Shown: positions 48,592 to 58,794 of the stretch, piece after piece
How the letters are laid out: each line of letters begins with the position of its first letter
Position numbering within the stretch: the stretch's first letter is position 1
Assembly: GCA_963743305.1 (NCBI GenBank)
Contig: CAVUPH010000008.1
Span: 67,679-131,678 of the forward strand
Length of the DNA: 64,000 nt
Source: an uncultured delta proteobacterium
GTDB lineage: Bacteria > Desulfobacterota > RBG-13-43-22
Direction of reading: 5' to 3'
Program-made: the position numbers and the translations under genes
The notes under the pieces: model-generated
What the model was told of the DNA's origin: nothing
The model's database searches: none
Seen by the model: only the letters and a program-made list of their open reading frames with translations

Positions 48592-50433
48592 TCACCTCAA
48601 AACTTTATTCAGATGTTCTAACAGTTGTGCGGCTTCCTGCTCGCCAATCAGGCGGGCGGCTTTGATCTCCTGCCCTTGCTCGTCAAAAAAAAGGATTGCC
48701 GGAGACCCGAAGAGGCCTAATTTCTTCAGCAGTGCCCGGTCCTCTTCCGTCATATCCGTGATGTCGAATTTAAGGATTTTCACCTTTTGCAAACGTTCCC
48801 GAACTCGGGGGTCCAAAAAGGCTCCGCGCTCCATCGCCTTGCAGGACGCGCACCACTCGGCTCCGAAATATAGCATGACCTTCCTGCCTCGAGCCGACTG
48901 CAGTTCCTGTTCCAATTCCGCGGGGCTGGTCAGGCGTTGAAAGGTCAATCCCGAATCAGGGGTTGTTCCTTTTGTCGGTGTTACCGGCCCCCCCCTTTCC
49001 AGAAGCCCTTCCAAGGGTTGATAAAGATTTTTTCCTCCGCCTAAGGCCCCGATCAGCAACGCCAAGCCAACCAGAAAAACGAGCACCCCCACGCCCTTCC
49101 GGAATTGGGCCCAGCCTCGGACCCCTTCGGGCAGTGGGTCCAAGGCCCGCAGGTATATGGAAGAGAGGATCAGCAGGGCGGCCCAGAGGAACATCTGCAG
49201 GGAAAGGGAGAGGAAGGGACTCACCTGATAGAGAGCCAGACCCAGGAGCAGAACTCCGAAAAAGGTTTTGATGGCCTCCATCCAGGGCCCGGCCTTGATG
49301 AGGATTAACCCGGCCGAAGCGCCGACGATCAGCAGCGGGACCCCCATGCCCAAGGCTAGGATAAAAAGGGCCGACCCACCCACCCAGACGTTTTGGGTCT
49401 GGCCGATAAACAGCAGGGCCCCGGCCAAAGCAGGGGTGACGCAGGGGCCCAGGATCAGGCCCGAAAGGATCCCCATGAAAAAGACGCCTAAAAAGTTTCC
49501 GCCGGAAAAACGGTTGCTCGTTCGGCACAACAGCGTCTGGAGCTTGCCGGGCATCTGAACTTCATAGAAGCCGAACATGGACAGGGCCAGTAGGACAAAG
49601 ATTAGAGAGAATGAACCGATGACCCAGGGATTCTGCAGCAGGGCGGAGATCAGGGAGCCGGTCAGCCCGGCGATCACCCCGACGGCGGCGAAAGTCAGGG
49701 CCATGCCGAGCACATAAATGAGAGACAAAGTAAAGCTCCGTCCCCGGTGCACGCAAATCCCCTGGGCCACAATAATGCCCGAGAGGATGGGAATCATGGG
49801 AAGCATGCAGGGAGTCAGGGAAAGGAGCAGACCAAAACCAAAGAAGCTCAACAAAACAAAGAAATAATTACCTTCCCGGAAGAGGCGGTCGTAGTTACGG
49901 GGATCCGATGACTCGATCGGCTGCGGATCGGGTTTGGTTTCCAAGGCCGCCGCCGGAGGGCTCGGGGGCAGGGTCAGGTTGATTTTTTTTCTTTGGGGGG
50001 GGTAACAAAATCCGCTATCCGAGCAGCCCTGATATTTGACGGTCAGGATGATTTCCCGCGTTTCCGGGTTAAGACGTTTGATCGGAATGCGCACCTGGAG
50101 GGATTGGCGGTAGATTTCGGTAGGTCCGAAAACGGGGTCTTCCTTGGGATGTCCGGGCGGGAGCTTAATCTCCCCGGGTTGAATCTCCGGAGGTTGAATC
50201 TCAAATTTCAACTTGTCGCGGTAAAGGTAAGCCCCGTCCGCCATGCGAAAAAACACTTCCAGATGATCAGATCCCGCTACCCGTCCCTCCACCTGAAAAA
50301 CCTGTTCTGCGGATAAGACCTCCCGGGTGGCAGGGGTGGCGTTGAGGTGACCCGGGAAAAGGAGAATAAACAAAAGGGAGGCTAAAGAAAACCTCCGTTT
50401 CCAACCCGGCCTGGTAGGGGCGATCGCCGTCAT
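48592..50433 (-). CDS. dsbD: thiol:disulfide interchange protein DsbD
   Basis: YQGC...CYPP, LTPCMLP, GPCVTP, thioredoxin WCASC. Confidence 0.93.
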   Translation of the reverse strand: MTAIAPTRPGWKRRFSLASLLFILLFPGHLNATPATREVLSAEQVFQVEGRVAGSDHLEVFFRMADGAYLYRDKLKFEIQPPEIQPGEIKLPPGHPKEDPVFGPTEIYRQSLQVRIPIKRLNPETREIILTVKYQGCSDSGFCYPPQRKKINLTLPPSPPAAALETKPDPQPIESSDPRNYDRLFREGNYFFVLLSFFGFGLLLSLTPCMLPMIPILSGIIVAQGICVHRGRSFTLSLIYVLGMALTFAAVGVIAGLTGSLISALLQNPWVIGSFSLIFVLLALSMFGFYEVQMPGKLQTLLCRTSNRFSGGNFLGVFFMGILSGLILGPCVTPALAGALLFIGQTQNVWVGGSALFILALGMGVPLLIVGASAGLILIKAGPWMEAIKTFFGVLLLGLALYQVSPFLSLSLQMFLWAALLILSSIYLRALDPLPEGVRGWAQFRKGVGVLVFLVGLALLIGALGGGKNLYQPLEGLLERGGPVTPTKGTTPDSGLTFQRLTSPAELEQELQSARGRKVMLYFGAEWCASCKAMERGAFLDPRVRERLQKVKILKFDITDMTEEDRALLKKLGLFGSPAILFFDEQGQEIKAARLIGEQEAAQLLEHLNKVLR

Positions 50434-50516
50434 GAGGCCTGCACTAAGTACCTTAAATGGGCAATCCCCCGGTAAGGGGGGATTGGCGGGAATAGTCTTC
50501 TTCTCCGGCCCTGGGG

Positions 50517-50933
50517 TTAGGGTTTAAAAACATAGATACTCGTGTAGGCAAACGCCCCTTTGTAAGACGCGGTGATCTGGGTGACCCCGACAGCGGCGGT
50601 GGGGGTGGTGGTGGTGCCGCCTGAGGTGGTAAAAACAGTCGTGGCGACACCGCTGGACAGAAAAGGTGAAGCGGGGCTGAACGATCCACCCAAGGTCGAG
50701 GAAAAGGTGACCCCCTGCACCGAATCGTTCACCGGGTTGCCTTGGGCGTCCTTTCCGGCCACGATCAAGGTGACGCTGCCGCCTTCGGGAATCGAAGTGT
50801 TGGAGGTGGTAAGATTCAGGCTATAACCCGATCCGGACCCAAAGCCGCTGGAAGATGAGGTATTCGAATTGCAGCCCAGCAGAAATACAGTGAGGATGAC
50901 CAACAGACAGATTAGGGTAGTTATCCGGTTCAT
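50517..50933 (-). CDS. lipoprotein with Ig-like (invasin/Big_1-like) domain
   Basis: Lipobox FLLGC, Ser/Gly linker, DAQGNPV, VTFSS, Thr-rich beta strands. Confidence 0.65.
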   Translation of the reverse strand: MNRITTLICLLVILTVFLLGCNSNTSSSSGFGSGSGYSLNLTTSNTSIPEGGSVTLIVAGKDAQGNPVNDSVQGVTFSSTLGGSFSPASPFLSSGVATTVFTTSGGTTTTPTAAVGVTQITASYKGAFAYTSIYVFKP

Positions 50934-50961
50934 AGGCTAAACCTCCAAATTAGAAAAAAAT

Positions 50962-51423
50962 TTAGACGATATTGATGGCAAATGAACTCCGCAAAGAGGT
51001 CCCCGGGATGGTGGCGGCAATTTCCGTGTTTCCAAGCACCCCTCCGGCTTCAAAGGAAGTGATAAAAATTCCCCCGGTAGTGGTCCCGACGATGGTTCCG
51101 CTCTTCGTTCCACTGTCGATGACAAAATTCCCACCCAAAGAGGAGGTCAAATAAAAGGTGGCCTCGGTTCGGGCCCCTCGACTGTCGGTGACCATAACCG
51201 TAATCGTGGTAGTCCCCCCACTGGCGGCTAATTCATTATTGCCGGCCACCACCGTAATAGCCGCCGGCGGAAGCCCGGATCCGCCGGACCCGGTGTGGGT
51301 CCCACTGCTGATACTATCCTTGTTGTTGGAATCGCTGCCACAACCCAGTGCAAACAGGTTAAATAATAAGGCCAGCAGGAAAAGTGTAAAGTTCGTTTTG
51401 GATGAACGGATCTTTCGAAGCAT
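50962..51423 (-). CDS. lipoprotein with Ig-like domain
   Basis: Lipobox FALGC, ASGGTTTITVMVTDSRG, TSSLGG. Confidence 0.65.
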   Translation of the reverse strand: MLRKIRSSKTNFTLFLLALLFNLFALGCGSDSNNKDSISSGTHTGSGGSGLPPAAITVVAGNNELAASGGTTTITVMVTDSRGARTEATFYLTSSLGGNFVIDSGTKSGTIVGTTTGGIFITSFEAGGVLGNTEIAATIPGTSLRSSFAINIV

Positions 51424-51622
51424 AGGAACCGGCCATAAAATAATAGAAATTCAATAGTAAATAGAGTCTCTTACAAGTCTCTAACCACCCGCCGCCCCAG
51501 AGGTAACGAGGAGGCCCACAACGGACCTATTCCAGCAGTCCAAGTTCATAATAAAAAGGAGACGGTAAAATTGTCAAGAAAAATTTGATAGATAGAACCA
51601 GTCCCGCCGGTACCGAATCTTC

Positions 51623-52712
51623 CTAAACCGCCCAGGTTTTCTTTCTAACCTGCCCCTCCCCGCGGACCTGAATCAGTTCAGCTATTATGGAGATCGCGAT
51701 TTCCTCGGGGGTCTGGGCGTTGATGGCCAGGCCGATAGGGGCATGGACGGATTTAATTTTTTCTTCCGAAAAACCCTCCCGGCGCAAGGCCTCAAAAATA
51801 ATTCCCGTTTTGCGGCGGCTGCCGATCATGCCAAGATAACCCAAAGGTTTTTTCAGAACCTGGCGCAGTATTTGATGGTCATGCAAATGGCCTCGGGTGA
51901 TGATCACGATATAGGCGTTGGGCCCCAGAGAAAGCTCGTTAAGGTCCGCATCGAAAGAGCGGACAAGCAATTCATCGGCTTCGGGAAACCGGGCTGTCGT
52001 CGGGAACTCCTCTCGATCGTCGATGACTACGACCCGGAACCCGGCCATTTTGGCCAGCCGGCAAAGAGGCCTGGATACATGCCCGGCACCGAACAGAAAC
52101 ACGGTAGCCGGCGGGGTCCGGGTTTCTAGAAAAAGTTTAGTTTTTCCCGTCGGCTCGGTCAGGACTTGGACCGGTGGGTCGTTATTTAAAAAAGCGGAAA
52201 GGCGATCCCTGAAGGGTTGGATCCAGGGGGGGGGGAGGATTGGGGTAATACCCCCCCTCTTCTTCGGAATAGAAAAAAAATTTCGTCTCCTCCCGGTCGG
52301 CGCGGCCTTGATCTTCGACCCGCGTCACCAATAGGATTTTATGGTCAAGAAGTGACAGGGTGGAGAGATAGTTAAAAAAGTGCCGGTGATGGGGGTTCTG
52401 CGCGGAAATCAATTCCAGGAAGACATCTACCTCGCCGCCGCAGATCATCTCCGTTTGCGCCACCTCCTCCCCCCGCAAAAGGAAAAAAAGCAACTTATTT
52501 TTTCTTTGAGAAAAAACCTCAGGGGCCGCCTGGAGCACCTCGGCCTCTAATTTTCCTCCCCCGATCGTGCCGCTGAAATGACCATCCGACCGGATCAAAA
52601 AACAGGTCCCCGTGGTCCGAGGGGCCGACCCTTTTTGCCGGATAATGGTGGCCAGGACGATATCCCGGCCCTGGGAGAGTTCTTGGTTTATTTGGCGGTA
52701 AAGGTCATCCAT
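51623..52712 (-). CDS. xdhC: XdhC/CoxI-family Moco chaperone (frameshift near 52230)
   Basis: GSAPR, GTIGGG, MICGG; FGAGH, TRGH, YLGMIGS, PIGL, TPEEIAISI; frames join at a long G-run. Confidence 0.88.
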
Positions 52713-52726
52713 TGAGCCAAAAGAAA

Positions 52727-52767
52727 GAGGGGACAATTTTTAATGGGAATCTAAAAATTGTCCCCTC
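52727..52767 (-). terminator. intrinsic terminator after the small lipoprotein
   Basis: Perfect 16-bp IR GAGGGGACAATTTTTA/TAAAAATTGTCCCCTC followed by TTTCTTT on the minus strand. Confidence 0.7.
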
Positions 52768-52792
52768 AGGGTACCACGTGCTTTGAGCGAGG

Positions 52793-53023
52793 CTATTTTT
52801 TTTCTGCCGGAGCTGCAGGAGCTTCGGGGGCTTTGGCCTCAGGGGCTTTTTGCTCTCCAGCCGGCGGAGCAGGAGCCGGAGCGGCTTCAGGAGCTTTTTG
52901 TTCCGTGGCAGCCGGCGGAGCCGGGGGAGCTTCTTCCTTCTTCTTGCAGCCCATGGCGAAAGTAAAAACTACCAGCAACATGACGACGAGCAACAGGGAA
53001 ATAAGTTTGCGCATTATCTTCAC
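52793..53023 (-). CDS. small Pro/Ala-rich lipoprotein
   Basis: Lipobox FAMGC followed by KKKEEAPPAP; EQKAPEA repeated. Confidence 0.75.
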   Translation of the reverse strand: MKIMRKLISLLLVVMLLVVFTFAMGCKKKEEAPPAPPAATEQKAPEAAPAPAPPAGEQKAPEAKAPEAPAAPAEKK

Positions 53024-53175
53024 CTCCTTTTCTTAAATTAAATTTCTTTCCGTCTCCAAAAAACGTTTTAAATCCTGGAAATAATAAAACCATGTTTTTT
53101 CAGTAGGATAGAACAATCTCCAAGAATTTTAAACTGGAATAATAGGTTATTTAATCTGGCATGTCAAGATATTTT

Positions 53176-53448
53176 TTACTTAATCACCTCGATATCCACC
53201 AAACGTAATTTCCCTTTTTCTCTAATAAAATCGCCCATCACCCAGTAACCGGCCTCCAGGTCACTCAACTCAAAATCGGAGGCATCCAGGGTCAGACCAT
53301 TGACGACCAGGGTTCCTGCCCCTTCATTGATCTGCGTTATCCGGCCTTCAAATTGTTCCAGCTTTTCCCCATTCACGGCCGACATAAGAAAAGACCAGAG
53401 CACCAGACAACTCAAAAGAAAGAAAAGGTGTTTCTGTTTTCTACTCAT
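53176..53448 (-). CDS. small exported OB-fold-like (DUF5666-like) protein
   Basis: Signal peptide; FEGRIT...TLVVNG...LSDLEAG. Confidence 0.55.
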   Translation of the reverse strand: MSRKQKHLFFLLSCLVLWSFLMSAVNGEKLEQFEGRITQINEGAGTLVVNGLTLDASDFELSDLEAGYWVMGDFIREKGKLRLVDIEVIK

Positions 53449-54550
53449 CCGAGATTCCTTTTTTCTCTTTTTGTATTTTTTGACGAACGGCGGCGATTAA
53501 GATCGGCCAAGCCACCGTGGCATCGCAATAGATTTCTGCGTAACGGCCGCCTTCTTCCGGCGGAATGAACTTACCCCAAGAAACTCCTTCCGAGTACGTG
53601 CAACCGCTCAAGCCACCCCAATGGGCCGGTTCCGGGCAGATGCGGATCCCGAGGGAAAAACGCTTCAGGGGCAAGGGTTGGCCTAAACGGTATTGGAGGA
53701 TCTCCACAAAAGGGCCGACTTGTTGTGCCCAGTTCCGGGGAACTCCGCCGCCGATAGTAAAGATAGCCACTTTTTTGGCCTCCAGAATGCGCCGGGTATA
53801 ACTAGCCAGATCCAGAAAGGGGTTGAAGGAGAGAAAGGGTTTCGAAAGGCCCTGAACCAGGTCCTGATCAGGCCGATCGCTCAAGGTCTTTTTTACCATC
53901 CAGGTGGCCAGATCCAAGCCGAGTTCGGAGTCGGTAAAAGCCGGGATGAAAACCGGGACCCCCTTTTGATAGGCGTTTTTCAGGATCCCCGGCTGATCGG
54001 TTATTTCCGACAGATAACGGCCGACCTGCCGGCAGAAAATTTCCGAGCCTAAGGGTTCCCGGGGGTCCAGACGGTCCAGTACCTGAGAGATAATGTTTTC
54101 CACATCGTTTAAATTTTTTTCCATTTCCAGGGTATCATAAATTCGGTTATACCCCAAGGCATAGAGACGGCTGTCGGTCTGGTGAGGAGGATTTTTATAA
54201 TGTACCAACCCGATGGATTCCACCAACCCGTGGGCCATGAGGGCCCCGGTGGAGATTATGATGTCCAGCCAGCCCCAATCGATCATGTCGCAGAGCAAGA
54301 GCCCCATCTTGGCCACCGACATGGCTCCCGAAAAGGTCCCTACCACCAAGCAATCTGGATCCTCAACCATATCCAGGAGAATCTCTTGGGCTTCTCCCAG
54401 GGAACGGCCGCTAAAGGCCGTTTGGGCCATTCCTTCCAGCAAAGACGAGAAGTCGTCCACTTGCTTCAGATCCAGGCTCCTTAAGGGGGTCAGGCCATCC
54501 TGGGATCCGTCATGAAACTCCCGCCAACTGAATTTATTAGTCTCGTCCAT
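53441..54550 (-). CDS. deoxyhypusine synthase-like protein (SpeY/homospermidine synthase-like)
   Basis: TAFSGR, STGA, NRIYD, PAFTDSE, GGGVPRN, GGLSG...EGVSWGK, DATVAWP. Confidence 0.9.
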   Translation of the reverse strand: MDETNKFSWREFHDGSQDGLTPLRSLDLKQVDDFSSLLEGMAQTAFSGRSLGEAQEILLDMVEDPDCLVVGTFSGAMSVAKMGLLLCDMIDWGWLDIIISTGALMAHGLVESIGLVHYKNPPHQTDSRLYALGYNRIYDTLEMEKNLNDVENIISQVLDRLDPREPLGSEIFCRQVGRYLSEITDQPGILKNAYQKGVPVFIPAFTDSELGLDLATWMVKKTLSDRPDQDLVQGLSKPFLSFNPFLDLASYTRRILEAKKVAIFTIGGGVPRNWAQQVGPFVEILQYRLGQPLPLKRFSLGIRICPEPAHWGGLSGCTYSEGVSWGKFIPPEEGGRYAEIYCDATVAWPILIAAVRQKIQKEKKGISDE

Positions 54551-54557
54551 AAATAAA

Positions 54558-55445
54558 TTAGATTCTCTCTTTATACAACAGGGCCGATAGGATTTTAAAA
54601 ATCAGCTTGGCCGCAATAAATTCGGACTGCTTCGAACCGGAGACGGGCATCAATTCGGTCAGATCCAGGCCCCGAATCGTTCCCTGTCGGTTAATGATCC
54701 GGATCGCCTCCAACAGGAAATACCAGGATAAACCGCCTGGTTCAGGAGTACCGGTCCCGGGGAGCAGACCGGGATCGATGACGTCCACGTCCAGAGACAG
54801 GTAAATATTTTTCGTCCCACTATCGACCAAGTCCCGGGCTAGCCGGCTTAGGCCATTTTCCAGCAGGATTTCCCGGCTGGAATAGGTTCGGATCCGGGGA
54901 TTATCCCGGATAAAATCCGCTTCCTCCCGTGAAAAGCTGCGCAGCCCCATATGAAAAATCGGGAGGTCCAACTCGGCTATCCGACGCAGCACACAGGCGT
55001 GGGAGAATCTGGAACCTTCCCATTCTTCCCGCAAATCCCCGTGGGCGTCCAGAAAGCAGACTGCCAAGCCGGGATACACTTCCTGTAAGGAGTGGACGAT
55101 CGGAAAGCTGATGGAGTGTTCACCGCCCAGGGCCACGACCAACTTTCGAATTTTATGGTAGGGTTGAATCCTTTCCCGTATATCCCGAACCATGCGCTCC
55201 GGCCCCCCGTGATTTACCGGGATGTCGCTCAAGGTCAGACAGGTGTACCGACTGAAAGGTTCCCAGGATAATTCCTCATCCCATAACTCTACTTGCTGAC
55301 TGGCTTGGAGGACGGCCTCCGGACCAAAGCGGGTCCCGGGCTGAAAGCTGGTGGTGGCATCATAGGGGATAGGCTGAATAAGGACGTCGGCCGAGGCCGG
55401 ATCTTGGCCGGTTTCGTCTAAGCCTAGGAAATTGAGTGACCGCAA
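54558..55445 (-). CDS. speB: agmatinase / ureohydrolase
   Basis: GGEHS, DAHGD, SHAC, DVDVID, GTGTPEPGG. Confidence 0.92.
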   Translation of the reverse strand: MRSLNFLGLDETGQDPASADVLIQPIPYDATTSFQPGTRFGPEAVLQASQQVELWDEELSWEPFSRYTCLTLSDIPVNHGGPERMVRDIRERIQPYHKIRKLVVALGGEHSISFPIVHSLQEVYPGLAVCFLDAHGDLREEWEGSRFSHACVLRRIAELDLPIFHMGLRSFSREEADFIRDNPRIRTYSSREILLENGLSRLARDLVDSGTKNIYLSLDVDVIDPGLLPGTGTPEPGGLSWYFLLEAIRIINRQGTIRGLDLTELMPVSGSKQSEFIAAKLIFKILSALLYKERI

Positions 55446-55489
55446 GGGATTAACTCATCCGTTAGGAAAAGCAGAGATGTTCCGAGATC

Positions 55490-56107
55490 TTATTGGTCGC
55501 CGGGCGCTCCGAGGAGAAAGACCGCCGCCACGACCACCGTTGTCCACAGACCATTGCCGCGGGCGACACAGGTATGGGAAAAGGTGTCCACGATTTTTCC
55601 GCTCATGCGGTAAATTTCCCGCCGTTCGTCGTAATCTTTTTGGGGGTCAAAGTCGATGCCCAACGTGGTAGCCAGCATGGTGGAAGCCAGGTCTTCGGCG
55701 AAATCCCCCATTTCTTTTTCGTTCTCTCCGAAAGCGGCGTGCTCCGACAAATACCCGTAATGATATTCATCGGCCGGGACGGCCAATCCGATAGAGGCCC
55801 CCATCAATCGCTCCGGTTCATTGGAACTGATTTTGGCCAGCACGCAAAAGGTGATTTGTCCGGGCAATAGCTCCAGAATCCCTTCTTCAAAAGGGATGAT
55901 TTTACAATTAGGAGGGAAAATCGAAGAAACATAAACCAGATTGCATTTTTCAATCCCGGCATCGCGCAGGGCCAATTCAAAGGACTGTAGTTTGGCCTTA
56001 TGCCGCCCGATCCCCTTGGTGAAAAATATCTTTTTGGGAACTAACCAGGCGTTGTTGAATCCCAGTGGTTCTTCTTTTGCTTTTTTCCCTTTATAGATCC
56101 CGCTCAA
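55490..56107 (-). CDS. pdaD: pyruvoyl-dependent arginine decarboxylase
   Basis: [21 protein letters not shown] (Ser-Ser self-cleavage site), GYLSEH. Confidence 0.9.
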   Translation of the reverse strand: MSGIYKGKKAKEEPLGFNNAWLVPKKIFFTKGIGRHKAKLQSFELALRDAGIEKCNLVYVSSIFPPNCKIIPFEEGILELLPGQITFCVLAKISSNEPERLMGASIGLAVPADEYHYGYLSEHAAFGENEKEMGDFAEDLASTMLATTLGIDFDPQKDYDERREIYRMSGKIVDTFSHTCVARGNGLWTTVVVAAVFLLGAPGDQ

Positions 56108-56188
56108 TTTTTCCGTCTCCCGTGAATATGCAAAAATGTATATAACTATTATAAGAACAGGAGATTTGTCAATCTAATTAATTTTAGA

Positions 56189-57446
56189 CTATTCTTTGAA
56201 GTGGCAAAAAATATGGGCCAGAACCTGGGCGTCGCCGATCATCCGGGACAAACGGGCCGTTTCATTCGGCTGATGAGCCGTTTCCAGGGTGGTCATCCAG
56301 ACCGCCGCCGGCAGCCCACGGGCCCGGAAGAAAGCAGCCACGGTGGCCCCTCCAATACCCCGGGCGCAGGCCTTTTTCCGGTAAACCGCCTGGACAGCTT
56401 CCTGGAGGGCCCGGACGACCGGGGCCCTTGGCGAGGTTGGCGGCGGGGCCTGAACGGCGTTGACCACCTCGCAGACAATCCGGGCCCCTGTTTTCCGGGA
56501 AACGGAAGAAACCATAACCTGAACACGTTCCAGGACCTTTTTCAGGGAATAGGCGGGGAGAATCCGGCAGTCCAGGTAGAAAACATCCTCTCCGGGGATG
56601 GTATTGACATTCGAGACATTGGCTTCTTTCTTGGTCGGTTCGAAGGTGCTGATAGGTGGTTCAAAGGCCCTATCCCGCTGTTTAAACCAACGCGGCAGTT
56701 GTTCCAGGGTCAGGATTAATTGAGCGCTGGCTCGCAGGGTATTCACCCCCAGATCCGGACGGCTGGCATGACAGGAGGTACCGAACAGAGAAAACTTAAG
56801 CCATAAAAGACTCTTTTCGGCCACCTCGATTAGGGTGCCCTCCGGGTTGCCGGCGTCCGGAACAATGATCAGATCCTCCGGCTTAAAAAGTTTCCCTTGT
56901 TTCTTGAGGACATATTGCAACCCTCTCCGACTGCCGGTTTCTTCGTCGGAAACCAAACCCAACCCGATCGCATAGGCCGGAAGGACCCCTTCCTCCTGAA
57001 AGGCCTTAACGGCAAAAAAGGAGGATACGATTCCGTGATGATTATCCTCCACACCTCGACCGAAGAGCCGGTCTCCCTTCTGGTGAAGCGTATAGGGATC
57101 CCTTTTCCAAAGGCGACGGTCTCCCGGAGGGACAGTATCCAGGTGGCTCAATATCCAGACCGTTCGTCGCGGGTCTCGGCCTGCAAACAGGGCTAGGATA
57201 TTCGGCCGAATTTTTGAAGGGACCCGCTGGTCCGGACAAGAAAGGGAGATCATCCGCTGAGGGTTCAGGGCCTTTAATTTATTTTTGGAGATAAAGGGCC
57301 TTGGCCTGCTCCCCCTCGCCTCCATTCTCGGGCCCCAAGGCAGGAATAGCGGTCAGATCCCGAAGCAGTTGGACTGCTTCGTCTCTATAGCCCCGCAATC
57401 GGCGCTGAATTTTTGGCCAAAAGGAGGCGGGGGGATAGGGGGCCAT
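56189..57446 (-). CDS. M20-family metallohydrolase (DapE/ArgE-like; frameshift near 57290)
   Basis: IPALGPENGGEGE; SHLDTVP, GRGVEDN, DEETGS, HASRP, AHQPNE. Confidence 0.85.
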
Positions 57447-57450
57447 GGGT

Positions 57451-58794
57451 TCAGGCGGCCCGACCAAGACTGAACTCTTCCAGTTTGGCCGTTAAATAGT
57501 TGACCTGCCGTGAGACCTCGTTGTTTTTTTTCAAACTTTTTTCCACGGCATTCACGGCATGGATGATCGAAGAATAATCGCGGTTAAAGGCCAGCCCGAT
57601 AGCCTCACAGGTCTGGTTGGTAAATTTTTTACTCAGATAGATAGACAGGTTCCGGGGATAAAGGTGTGTCCGTCTTCGGGACTTGGAAATCATCTCCTCC
57701 GGAGTAATCTTGAAATAGCGCCCCACCAGGTTCTTGATATCCGAAATAGTAATTTCCCGATGGGCCGGGAGGTGTTGTTGGACTAGACATTCGGCCAAGT
57801 CTAGGTCCAGAGGTTGATTTAACAGCATCACCTGAGCCTTCATGCTGGTCAGACAGTTTTCCAATTGCCGGATGTCTGTCAGGGGTTGATCGGCCAGGTA
57901 TTCTTTAACCTGCGGATCTAGGCCCAACCCCAAAAGAGCGGATTTCTTTTCCACAATCCCCAAGCGGGTCTCAAAATCGGGTGGATCAATACCTCCCAAC
58001 AGGGCAGCGCTGAACTGGGATTTCAATTTCCCCCCGATTCGGGAGAGGTCTTTCGGCAAAAAAGAACTGGTGAAAATTATTTTTTTATTATCGTTCAGCA
58101 AGGTATCCAGGGTGTAGCCCAATTCGGCCTGGGTGGTTTCCTTCCCGCTTAAAAAGTGAATCTCCTCTAAAAGCAGAAAATCGCAATTTTTCCGGTATTT
58201 CTCTTTAAAATTCTCCATCCGGTTCGACTTTAGGGACACCACCATTTCCTGAGTAAATTCCTCGGCCGACAGATAAAGGACCTTGGCCTGGGGTTTATGC
58301 GTTAGCAGATGGCGGCCTACGGCCTGTGAAAGGTGGGTTTTTCCCAGACCATTGGCCGAGTAAAGGTAGAGGGCATTGTTGTAAATATTTTGCTCGGAGG
58401 CCAAGGCCAAGGTGGCCAGATAGGCAAAACGATTGCTCGGGCCGGTGACAAATTGGTCAAAAGTAAAGCCGCCCTGAAAACGCCGGGGCTCTTTACGGTC
58501 CAGGCCGGGCAATACATACTGCAGCGTTTGGGGGACCTCCGCCGGAAAAGAGCGCTGCTTGGACAACTGTAACGTCAATCGGGGGGGATGCCGGTGAAGG
58601 CGGGTTATTGTTTCAGAGATTAAAGGTAGATATTTTTCTTTGATCCAGTTGAGGAAAAAAAGATTGGGGCACTGTAAAATGATTTCTTGTTCGGTGACCT
58701 GGGCCGTGTCCAGCGGGTCGATCCACAGACGAAAAAGATTTTCGGGGAGTTGCGACTGAAGCTCCCCTTTGACTTGGATCCAGATCGATTCCAT
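57451..58794 (-). CDS. DnaA-like protein (divergent paralog)
   Basis: Domain I WIDPL...PNLF, TFDQFV.G.SN, GLGKTHL, LLEEIHFL.GKE.TQ.E, domain IV IGLAFNRDYSSI; dnaN not adjacent. Confidence 0.88.
   Translation of the reverse strand: MESIWIQVKGELQSQLPENLFRLWIDPLDTAQVTEQEIILQCPNLFFLNWIKEKYLPLISETITRLHRHPPRLTLQLSKQRSFPAEVPQTLQYVLPGLDRKEPRRFQGGFTFDQFVTGPSNRFAYLATLALASEQNIYNNALYLYSANGLGKTHLSQAVGRHLLTHKPQAKVLYLSAEEFTQEMVVSLKSNRMENFKEKYRKNCDFLLLEEIHFLSGKETTQAELGYTLDTLLNDNKKIIFTSSFLPKDLSRIGGKLKSQFSAALLGGIDPPDFETRLGIVEKKSALLGLGLDPQVKEYLADQPLTDIRQLENCLTSMKAQVMLLNQPLDLDLAECLVQQHLPAHREITISDIKNLVGRYFKITPEEMISKSRRRTHLYPRNLSIYLSKKFTNQTCEAIGLAFNRDYSSIIHAVNAVEKSLKKNNEVSRQVNYLTAKLEEFSLGRAA

Noticed and set aside
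52182-52260. Programmed frameshift or phase variation in xdhC
   Set aside because: The long G-run is more simply explained by the window-wide homopolymer error pattern.
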